A stretch of DNA of 64,000 nucleotides from Amoebophrya sp. A120 (taxonomy: Eukaryota > Protista > Dinoflagellata): NCBI GenBank assembly GCA_905178155.1, contig CAJINV010000003.1:4437863-4501862 (forward strand), given 5' to 3'. How positions within the stretch are numbered: the stretch's first letter is position 1; every line of letters begins with the position of its first letter. The position numbers and the translations under genes were made by a program. This document shows, one piece after another, positions 12,885 through 23,151 of the stretch. The notes under the pieces were generated by a model that did no database searches, had not been told where the DNA came from, and saw only the letters and a list, made by a program, of their open reading frames with translations.

Positions 12885-14356
12885 CTATCGCGTAAGCATG
12901 TTCATCGACATATTTGCGTCTGCGTCCTTCTTCATGACCTTCGATACTGCCATCTGCAAATCGTCCTGGGTAACGTGCACCCGTCTCTCGCGCAGGGCGA
13001 ACATCCCGGCCTCGGTGCAGACTGCTTTTCCCTCAGCGCCATTCGTCCCGTTCATTTGCCTTGCTATTTTTCGCAAGTCGATACCCCGCATCAGGTTCAT
13101 TTTTCGCGAATGGATCTTCAAAATGTCCAATCGGGCTTCCTCGTTCGGGTGCGGAAATTCGACCTGATATAGTGAAGAAGCATTTCAAAATCGCTGTGGT
13201 GCGGGGAAATGTGGGCGTTTGATGTTTACTCAACTAAAGTGGCACATCAGCCGCACAAGCTTCAGTCTTAAAACATGAAAATGCATGATGCAAAGAATCG
13301 TACTTTTCTGTCGATTCGGCCGGGCCGGAGCAGAGCCTCGTCCAGGATGTCGATTCTGTTGGTCGCCATGACTACCTTAATGTTTGATTTTCCCTCAAAC
13401 CCATCCAGTTGGTTCAGCAGCTCCAACATGGTTCGCTGCACCTCGGAGTCGCCGCCGCTGTCCTCACTTCGCTGACTGCCGATACTGTCGATTTCGTCCA
13501 TAAAAATGATCGCTGGTGCGTTCTCTCGTGCCATCACGAACAGTTCGCGCACCATTCGACTCCCCTCTCCGATGTACCTGGTAAGTCGATTTCGAAAAAA
13601 ATTTCAAGCGCAATTCAGATTATACGGGCACGGATGTATCGTGTCTCCCCTTATTAACCACACAATCGTATCAACCTCTACAGTGCAAAGCCCTAATTCC
13701 GATATATACTTTTGCACGAGCTCGGACCCCGATACTCGGATGAAGCAGCAGGACGTGTGGTGCGCCACGGCGCGCGCGAGCAGCGTTTTTCCGGTCCCCG
13801 GCGGGCCGTACAGCAGCACACCCTTGGGCTGCGGGATCCCCAGCGACTCGAAGAGTTCCGGGTGCTTGATAGGAAGCTCGATGACCTCCTTGATTTCCTT
13901 CACCTGCTTGTCGAGCCCGCCCACCATCTCGTAGGTGCTGTCAGGCACCTTTTCGACCTTCATCAGACTGACCAGCGGGTCCACCTTGGAGGGCAGGATG
14001 CGGTGCAACACGTAGGTGTCGGACTTGAGGCACACGCGGATGTTGGGCTTCAATTTTGTGATATCCACGTTCTTCTCGTCCACATCCACCACGTATTTTC
14101 CCTCCTGTCCCACCTTGACCAGCACCTTCTTCTTCCCCATCGTTCGCGCCACCTCGCCGACCTGCGACCCGGACTCCAGGAGTAGAGACAGTTCCTCCTT
14201 GAGCAGTCGCACCTTCGCGTTCAGCTCGTTCCGCTGCGCCTCGAGTCGCTTGGTCGTCGCTTCCTTTTCGCGGACCTCCGCCTCGAGCTCCGCGGTCTTC
14301 GTCACGTAATAAGCCTCCAGACCGGAGAGGTCCGACATGCCGCGGGGGGACATCAT
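12885..14356 (-). CDS. RPT6: 26S proteasome AAA-ATPase regulatory subunit 8 (Rpt6), 3 exons
   Basis: [87 protein letters not shown]; two GT-AG introns. Confidence 0.96.
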
Positions 14357-15370
14357 CTTGACAAGAGGTGTGTGTGTGGGGGATTTGGAAGTGAAAATCT
14401 TGATGTCGCTGATGATGTTATGGTGTAACTACTACAAGGGTCATGTAGCGACTACTACGTCTACGTCTGAATAAAGATTCCTCACTCAAACACAGGTTTT
14501 CACAGTCTGGTAAAATGTCGCTAGTACCGCCAATGTAATCTTGTTGTTGAAAAAAGCCGTCGAAGCCTCCGCATGGACGGAGGCATTGCCGTAAACGGAA
14601 AACGAAAAGTAGAAGATCTATACAAATTCGGTCGCTGTCGATAAAACTGTCCGAGTGTTTGTTGCTGTTGATGAGAGAACCTTGAGTGAAGATGCTCGGA
14701 GGCTGAATCATACTTTCAGGAACAGTTGTGAACTTCGACTTGCGTTTATTGCGCTTCTAGCACGGCTTATTATTTTTCCTGTGCAGCAAATGGATCCTCT
14801 AATCCTAGTACCCTTCCGTGCTTACAAACTTTGCTTCCATGTGAAAGAAGGAGAGCATTCATATGTTCACATGATGTATGAGCTTGATGTTCGTCATCAC
14901 AAAGAAACGCGCGAGCGGACACTTCTACCAGCCACAAAAATAACTAGTGTTGAAAATGTCTTTTTTCCATATGACCTTGACCCATTGGTCAACAGGGTTG
15001 GATTCGACTTCGAATCTATGCTATCTCTTTCAAAACTAAAGCGTTTTGACATTGCCTGTCCGTTGAAAAATATGGAAAAGTGTCTTGAAACATCATGGTG
15101 AAACATTATGGAGATGACTACGAAATCCTTTTCTTGGAAGGTTGTCGTAGGTAGTGGAGATTTTTCTCCGTCGAAAACGTGAAACTGAAATCCATGAAAG
15201 CCGATGGGAAACGATGACAGTGAGTAATTGTAATGCGGCTCGCAGCTAGAAGAGGCCACGGAAAAATAAAAATTGTGATAGTACAAAAAATGCATTTTTC
15301 AGAAAATCTATCATAAAACTGCACGTGTGAAAAACGATCAAACCATATCCGACGCGGGTTGCTCGTCCTA

Positions 15371-18300
15371 CTAGAAAAAGTCGCGGTCCCAACCATTCTG
15401 CGGGTCCACGTAGGGGATGGAGGGCACGGTCACTCGTGACGCATCCATGTGGCTGAAGTGCTCCAATGGGATGGTATCCTTTCGAAAACTTTTTCCCTTG
15501 CCGCGTGTGTCAAAAATGCATATGCGAGGAACAACAATCGGATTAATTAAGTAAGTAGTTTACTTTCGCATGATCCCTACGCTCTGATATCTGCTCCTGT
15601 GAACATCAATACAGTGTTCCTCATCAGTCTGTTGGGCAGCAGCTATTTCATGCAGGAAAAGAAACGGGTGGTAGGAAAATTTTCTCTGGATACTTCGGAT
15701 TGGATTTGGACGCGAACTTCGGTACGTAGGGCGTTTTGAGGGTGCGGCTCTCCAGCTTCTCCCACTTCTCTTGCTCGAAGAACCGGTGCGCCTCCAGGTT
15801 CTTTGCGACACCGCCCGGCAGCATGGGCAACCGGTCCGCCGGGTCCGCGGCGCAGAGCTTCAAGATCAGGTCCTTCGCCAGGGGCTTGTCCGATTGCGCC
15901 GAGGGGGCGGCAAACGCGTGGTCCGGAAACTTCGCGTGCTCGATGCCACGCAAAATCTTCTTGTACCGCAGCGCCGGCTGCCCGTCAAACGGCGGATGAC
16001 CCGCCATCAACTCGTACAGCAAAATGCCCAACGTCCACCAGTCCACCGAAACCGTGTGGCCCGCGGCGTACACCTCAAAAGTTATATCGTTGTTGTTGAG
16101 GGGGCCGGTAATCGCAATTTACATTCTAGCTCCTTCATCTTTCTCGTTACAACAACCAGCATATTGCTTTACATACCGTCATGCAGGAAACATCAACGCC
16201 TGATTACATTTTCAACAAAATTATTGCGATCCGACACCACTACCAGCATCACGACCGCCGTCCAGAAAATAGTAAAAAATACCAATTCGGGGGCGAAGTA
16301 GTCCGGCGTGCCACAGGTAGTGTAGGTGCGCCCTAACGTGAATTTTGCGAGCCCCATGTCGGTGACCTTGAGCCAGCCGTCCTTGTCCAGCAGCAAGTTC
16401 TCCGGTTTCAGGTCGCGATAGATAATCTTCCGCTCGTGCAGGTGGTGAAAGGCCTTCACCACGCAGGCGACGTAAAACTTCGCGTGATCGGTGGACCCGT
16501 AAAAATTCTTCGTGTTGTAGACCGCAAAGAGCTGATGTGAGAGGATGTACTTTCTAAAGGTATGGAAACTCTGCAACATGAAAGAGAGAATGAATACCAC
16601 CAAGGTTGAGCACACGCTTTAAGATGAGACAATTTGCGCTAGGTTTTCACACGAATCTTTATGATTGATTGTCGTCCTCGACTGTGTAAAACTCTACAGG
16701 AGAAGGATGCGAAGACACTGCTATACCTCGCCCCCTAAGCACGCTTCGAGGAGGAAGTAGAGGCAGTCCCGAATGTTGTACGTACCGAAGAACCGCACGA
16801 TGAACTGGCTATCGGTCATGGACAAGATTAAGCGCTCGCTGCAGATTTGCCGCTGCAGGCGCTGCTGCACGATGTAGCCCTTGGAGAGTTTTTTCATCGC
16901 GTAGAACGCCTTTTTCTTTCCCCGGGTGGTTGCATCCTGCTGAAGTGTCACAGAGCCAAACCCTCCGCAGCCAAGCACGCCGAGCAACTTGAGATTTTTG
17001 AACAACGGTTTGGCGACGCCTGACACTTTATTTGCACTGGAGGGAACCGGAGCCAGCGGGTGAGTGACACTTGGCCGCCACTGGGCTGGGTTGCGCAAAA
17101 AACTCGGTCGCGCTTCGGCCTCCTTGTTCCGCATCAGCTCTCTGTGAAAAATGCGATAGATGATGCAAGCCTTTGTAATTGTATGTAGTTTGTTGCAGAA
17201 ATAAGATTCCGCACAACCTGAAACTGTTTCAACAGAATTCTACGAAAACCAACGAAGAGAAGTCGAGAGTTGAAGCTAGATGAAGCTGGGCAAAAAAGCT
17301 AATCGAACTTCAGGGGCCCCAGCAGGTTCTCGAAGGTGGTGCGATCGATGGAGAGAATCACCGCAGTGGCGGAGTCCACCGTGACCGTCGCGTTGCGCAC
17401 GTCGTCCTTGATCAGTGCTTGCTCGCCAAAGTACGGACAGTTCTCTTGGGTCGCGGACAGAACTTTAACGCGTCCCTGCGCATTGGTGCGGATCACGACG
17501 TCCCCCTGGTAGAGGATGAAGAGCGCTTCTCCCGCGGTGCCCTGCACCAACACGTCTTGGCCCTGTTTAATATTTTATTTGCGCACGGAGGTGATAAATA
17601 TCTAAATCTATCCCCTGCTTCTCACTACGCTCTGAGAGAGTTGAGCACCATAAAAAGAAGGCTGAGGAACTCATTGATTTGTACCTACGCTGTTCATCGG
17701 GTTTCGCTTTCGCCGCGAGGACAGGCGACAGATCCATTGAAATCAAAAGAGATAAGTACCTTCTGAAAGTGCAACTCCGTGAGGCACTCGGACAATGCCT
17801 CTTTTTCTTCCTGCAGCAAGGTGTGGAGCACGTCGACTTTCTCCAGGACAGAGACGTACTGCCTCAGTTTGTGCCTTACCTTTTCCCGCAACACCCGGCG
17901 AAAGTCGTGCCTATGCATAGCAAAAATGTCTGGCTCTGGAAGGATGCAACTTGTAATGCTAATTCTGGATCGTGCAAAAATCAGTGTTGCATGAATGCCC
18001 AAAGTTGTCTACTTTTGACCAAGTTGAGAGGAAGTTTCTCATGCAGGATAGGCATGATAGGGATCTCACAGAATCTGTCATGCTAGGTCCTACCTGCATT
18101 CCAAACGACATGGATCATCGAAAATGTGCATGACAAGTCTTGCATTCTTCCAGACCCAGACATTTTTGCATTTGATAGCGCCGGTCGATCACCCAAAGTG
18201 CCGAGTCGTCGCTGAGGCACTCGACGGTGGCGGCTCGGGGCTCGTTGTACATGAGTGATCGCTCCCCAAAGGAGTCCAGGGCGCGGTAGGTGGTCAATTC

Positions 18301-19842
18301 GTCGACCTCTACGTCACTCTTTCCCTGCCCACGACTGGAAACCTGCTCTTGGAGGTCGCCCTCACACAGCTCGCTGGTGACCTTCTTGTAGCAAAGGAAT
18401 TCACCCTTTTCCACCACGAAGAACTTGTTTGCATTCGTAAAGTCCTTCTCTTGAATGACGACCGTGCCCTTCTGTACGTCGCCCATCTTGTACGCCACCT
18501 GGGCCAGGGATTCCACCTGCGAACGCGTCACAATCCCCATCAGAGCCTCGTTTCGCTCGATTCCCTGCACGATCGCGGCTTGCTCAGTCTCCGAAGCGAA
18601 GATCTTGTTCACCTGGTCGCGGGTTTTTTTTTGATCATGAATGCGGAGTAGATGCAGGAGATTTCTTTCAACTACTCTTTTGCACCAGAATTATTAGCGC
18701 CAGAGTCACTTTCACTGACCTGAGTGGTGGTTGCTCGAAGTCTCCTGCTAGCACTTGCTGTACCTGATTTCCCACCACGGAAGTTTCCGACACACCTTCC
18801 TCCAGATCCTCACCGACCACGGCCTGGCGGCGGGGCAGGTGGACGGCTCGGTCCAATCCCAGGGCCTGGAAGGTGCTGCGCGTGATGGACAGCAAGGACA
18901 ACGCAGTTCCGCTGGTCCTCACAGTTGCGTTCCGGATGTGTCCGGTGGAATCGCTCTGCAGAGAGGCCTCGCCGAAGTAGTCGCCCCCCTTCAGCGTGGC
19001 GACGTGCAGGCCATTCTTCATCACCTCGGCCTCTCCGCGGCGGATCAGGAAAAATTCATCGCCGGTGGTGCCCTCCGTAATGATGGTCTGGCGGCAGTCG
19101 GGATCGCTGGACGCCGGGTATTCCCGCTGCGTCAGGGCAGACACCAACCGTGGCAATTCGCTCGCCGGCAGCCGGGCAAACAACGGAACACGCTTCAGAA
19201 ATTCCAGATTCTGCGTGAACGTGCATCAAATGTAAAAATGTCTGGGTCTGGAAACTTGTGATGCTGAGTGGCGTAGCATAAGGAGGCCACAAGTGCTGGC
19301 TCAGCATGACAAATATCTGAGCTTGTAGGTGTTGCCTATTCTGCATGACAAACTGCGTCTCCGCATGACAGAAAAAAACGTCTCTTGGGCAATGTGCATG
19401 ACAGATTTAAGAGTCATGCCAGACAAGCATGACAAACATTCATTCTTCCAGACCCAGACATTTTTACATTTGATAACGTGCGGTCTCGCACAATGTCCTT
19501 CCGCGCTTCGTCCTTGTTCAACGGCCGCATATGGATTGTAAAAGTGTCTGGGTCTGGAAGGTTGGAACTTGTAATGCTAACTTTCCATACCTAGAAAATC
19601 TGTATTGCGTAACCAACAAAAGTCGCAGCCTCTTTTGTCATGCAAAAACGCAGTTTCTCATGCGGATTGCCTATGAGAAAGCGTTTCGGGAAGTTGTCAT
19701 GCCGGACTGCATTCGGAAGTGTTTTCATCATGCACATTTTAGCATCACAAGTTTCCAGACCCAGACATTTTTGCATTTGATACCGCATCAGGTTCGACAA
19801 TCTGCCGGCGCCGTCGGCACCGCAACACGCCCGGATTGACAT
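15371..19842 (-). CDS. PKG: cGMP-dependent protein kinase (3 cNMP-binding domains plus AGC kinase), multi-exon, interrupted by 3 TIR elements
   Basis: cNMP signatures YFGEASL..RNATV, FGERSL..PRAATV, YFGEQAL..VRNATV; kinase [32 protein letters not shown]; C-terminal [13 protein letters not shown]. The N-terminus MSIRACCG joins in frame once the elements are removed. Confidence 0.92.
17912..18177 (+). mobile_element. TIR introner/MITE copy 1 (266 bp) in a PKG exon; orientation A (arbitrarily +)
   Basis: TATGCATAGCAAAAATGTCTGGCTCTGGAAG ... CTTCCAGACCCAGACATTTTTGCATTTGATA, flanked by GTGCC/GCGCC. Removal with one TSD gives LWVIDR(H/R)DFRRVL; can be written as a GC-AG intron. Confidence 0.92.
19224..19475 (-). 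mobile_element. TIR introner/MITE copy 2 (252 bp) in a PKG exon; orientation B
   Basis: Perfect TIR ATCAAATGTAAAAATGTCTGGGTCTGGAA; TSD ACGTG at 19219-19223 and 19476-19480. Removal restores [22 protein letters not shown]. Confidence 0.95.
19530..19782 (+). mobile_element. TIR introner/MITE copy 3 (253 bp) in a PKG exon; orientation A
   Basis: TATGGATTGTAAAAGTGTCTGGGTCTGGAA ... TTCCAGACCCAGACATTTTTGCATTTGATA; perfect TSD CCGCA. Removal restores [16 protein letters not shown]. Confidence 0.95.
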
Positions 19843-20166
19843 TATTTTCAGGTCTCTCCGGGTAAGTGTAGCACGACGAGATAAGCAAAGCAAACGAGCA
19901 AATGTAAATCTATGTTTGCTACTGCCTTCCAGGCGAGTTGTAGCACAGCCAAGGATTCTTCCGTTTGGATTGGCGTTTGATTTTGAAGAACAAAGGCTAC
20001 TTTGCTTCTGGTTTGGTTTCCTCCACTTGTCAACATTGCATACCTCGCACTCATTCTTGCGGAACAAGCGGAAACGTTTTCTTGAAATTGGAAATTGTGC
20101 GCGCACAATCTGCGCACCAGATTCCGTACTTTTGTCTGTAATTGGTTCATGAAACGACGTTAAGCG

Positions 20167-20721
20167 CTAAGATCCAATTGACAACGCCAGGAGGTTTCGG
20201 CTCATTTTGTTGATGACATCCGCGTAGGATTCGGCCAGATCCTGGATGCTGGCGCTGAGGTCGGCAACTTCCGCGACCAGTATTTCGTTTTGCCGCGTTA
20301 AAAAGCCGATGCGGTCTTCCAAATTCTGCCACGTGTCGTCAAAATCTCCGCTGTTGGCCTGCATTCCCTCTAAGATTTCAGCGTATTCCCGCAGCATGGG
20401 CGCGTGTTGCAACACGTACTCCCGTTTTGCAGCCTTCTGTAGCAAGAGGTGGTCGAGCTGTGCTCGCTCCTCGAAGACTAACGGCTCCAGGTCCGGCCAC
20501 TTCTCCTCGAAGTCCGTCAGCTCCGGCACTTTCTGCTTGATGCGAGCAAGACGCGTCTCGAGCTCCGACACCCGCGTGTAGATGCTTTCGCCAGAACCAG
20601 AAGAAGTCGCATTGCTGCCTGTTAAAGTCGTTCCCACCGCTCTCTCGCAGGCCGCGAGTCGTTTCGCCAGGCGCTCCAGGCTCAAACCTAGGTGCCCGCC
20701 TTCTGCCATCCCTGCCACCAT
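20167..20721 (-). CDS. DCTN3: Coiled-coil protein, probable dynactin subunit 3 (p22/p24)
   Basis: 184 aa helical protein; LERLAKRLAACERAVG, AKREYVL and LAESYADVINKMSRNLL fit DCTN3 length and block pattern (from memory). Confidence 0.5.
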   Translation of the reverse strand: MVAGMAEGGHLGLSLERLAKRLAACERAVGTTLTGSNATSSGSGESIYTRVSELETRLARIKQKVPELTDFEEKWPDLEPLVFEERAQLDHLLLQKAAKREYVLQHAPMLREYAEILEGMQANSGDFDDTWQNLEDRIGFLTRQNEILVAEVADLSASIQDLAESYADVINKMSRNLLALSIGS

Positions 20722-21111
20722 GATGTGTTTATGTTCGTCTCGAGCGCATTTGGAGGATATACAACTGACTAGCCGTAATTATGTTCATGTTGGTACTTAT
20801 ATTTAAATCAGCATTGTTTTCGTATAGATACTTGCGCAGTACCTTCTGACTCAATTACTGGAGGGCCTCACAACCACACCCAAGAACCGATACTCCTAGT
20901 ACATTCATCATTCCCGGGCGCTTTGTAGAGCTTGCGTTCTTGATCGAGGCTCATCTTCATTACCAAAGTAAGCAGACAAAGTAGCGACGGATCCAGAAAT
21001 CTCGGACGAAGAAGTAGACACAACGTCGCAAATTGATATTGAACAACGGTTCATCGGTTAGCCTTCGTAAAATCACCAGTAGTTCTAGATTCATTGCGCA
21101 ATTGACTAAAG

Positions 21112-22712
21112 TCACTCCATGTCCTCCATGATGGGTTTGTCGGGACGGTCCCGTGGAGATCTGTGCAACCGAGAATCGATTTCGCGCATCGCCACCTCGA
21201 TGGTTTGCTCAGCCTCCTGTTGCACCGTGCCGGGATTTATAAAATGTAAAAGTGTCTGGGTCTGGAAGCTTGCCAGGTTTGTGATGCATATTTTGGAAAA
21301 CTCATGATGTCTGTGATGCATGCTCTAGCATGACAGATTTTTCGAGGCCTTTGTGATGCCTCTACCGCATGAGAAATGCCCTCTCCACGTAGCACAAACT
21401 GGAGTCGTCCTTTTGCTGGTCATGCAATACAAATTTTTTTAGAATCCAGAGACAGCATTACAAGTTTAGAATCTTCCAGACCCAGACATTTTTACAATCC
21501 ATAGAATTCCTGCCCTGCAGAAGCATCTCCCGCGGGCTTCGAAGCTTTAGAATGGAGTACCGGAAATACGTGGCGCACATCGTGAAAAGTACGACTGCAG
21601 TGGCGCAGTACAGAAGCTCGTTCCGTCTAGCGTCGTAGAAGGAATCTTCGTGATACCTTCGCTGCTTCGCCCGGGGAATCTGACCTGTGTAGAACAACAT
21701 TTCATTCTCATCCGGACTTCACAATACCGTCTATGTTGCGGCTTTTTCCAAGTTTTCTACAAGCTTGTCAAAATGCAAAGAACCAAAAACGAGCGCCATC
21801 ACCAACATGAGCACCATTCAGAATGCTTTGAATCCAGTGGTGGCTTTTTTGTCGGAGAGTTTGCGCCAGGCCGTAGTGTCCTTCCAAGGGAAATCTCCGC
21901 GACTTTGTATCTCCGAAAAACACACCGCCCGGGAACACGTCTGCGGCGACCAGCAGGCGCAGAGCCATCGCGATCTGTGCTTTTCTGTGGCCGAAGGGCC
22001 CTCCGCGCTCTAGCCAAAGGTCAATTTCTTCCAGCGCGCCTCCTCTGCTACTTTCGTCAAGAGAACCGCTGGTGCCCTCATTTACTTCCGACTTCTGTAC
22101 TTTATCGAAACTGCGGCACTTATCAAGTTCCGCGACTACGTTGTCACCGAATTTGAGACGACCGAGCTGCAAGTTCAGGTCTGCTCCCCTGGATGCACCA
22201 CCCGTGCCTTCGCTACTAGTGACCATCTCGGCCGACGGGGATTGCTTGGCCTTTGTGATCTGTTCCGCCAGGTACATTGGAACCAAGAAAAGGCTCACGA
22301 CGTCGGCGTCGATGTATGTCTCCTCACCGTGCACAATGAGGTTCTCTACGCGCCCGCATGAGGAGGAGGACGAGATCTCCTGTGGTGGAGACGCCGACGC
22401 AGCATTCGCTTGGTCGTTGAACTCCATGCGAACGTCGACAGCGCAAGGCGTGCCGTGGTTGCGCGCTCGCGCAGCTAAGTCATGGCGAATGCGGTGCACC
22501 GCCTGAAGTCGATCCTCCGCAGATTTTCTTTCCGGCCAGTCCACTTGGATTGTCACCTCACAGCTTTCACGGGAAACGCACTCTACTTTCGGCTCCTCAC
22601 CGGCCAGCACAGCCTTGCCGTTATGCACGAACGTCGCGTAGTATGCTGCGATCTTTAGCGCGACAGTCCCGCGCATGCGATGTCGAACGCGCTCCATGGT
22701 CTTTCGCTTCAT
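21112..22712 (-). CDS. Hypothetical membrane protein with a C-terminal TM helix, interrupted by one GT-AG intron and one TIR element
   Basis: ORF 21768-22712 joins via an intron (~21685-21815) to QIPRAKQRRY...LLYCATAVVLFTMCATYF, then across element copy 4 to GTVQQEAEQ...MEDME*. Confidence 0.65.
21238..21503 (-). mobile_element. TIR introner/MITE copy 4 (266 bp); orientation B
   Basis: TATAAAATGTAAAAGTGTCTGGGTCTGGAAG ... CTTCCAGACCCAGACATTTTTACAATCCATA; TSD GGATT/GAATT (1 mismatch). Removal gives LQGRN(P/S)GTVQQE in frame. Confidence 0.92.
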
Positions 22713-23151
22713 CGTGCGGCTACTGCAACTTTGAAACTACACACAAATCTTCCCTCTTTTTGAATATACCATTAAGTTGTTCTTTTCACTCGAAAAAGGA
22801 CATCCACGTTCTGAAGTTGTTCTCGATCATATCGCGAGAAAGTTTTTGACGACAAGAAAAAACTCCTCTCAACGGCGGGGAACAAATCAAGATTAACCAT
22901 AAAAAAAATGGCATAACCATCTCCATCGGTGCTGCGACTAGTTGCATTAATCAGCCTTTGCACTTTTTACCGCAGCTAGAAATTTTGCAACAGTTTACAC
23001 GTCTTTGAGCCGCAATAGAATGTTTATTTTGCAAGGGAATTCATTACATGAAGGCGAGCCACGTGATTATGACACCTAAATCTAAATCATACAAACATAC
23101 AGCTGGAATTATACATGCGAGACGCGAGGACTCGACTCCCGTCCAGACGCA

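Noticed and set aside
19218-19481. 7-bp (or 6-bp) TSD suggested by AACGTGC and CCGCAT repeats
   Set aside because: Aligning all copies to symmetric (T/C)AT...ATA ends gives a consistent 5-bp TSD; the longer matches are chance extensions into the TIR.
19531-19839. Recurrent peptides CKNVWVWK / KMSGSG / FQTQTFLHL in many short ORFs as a protein repeat family
   Set aside because: They are translations of the TIR in different frames; the ORFs are element-derived and stop-ridden.
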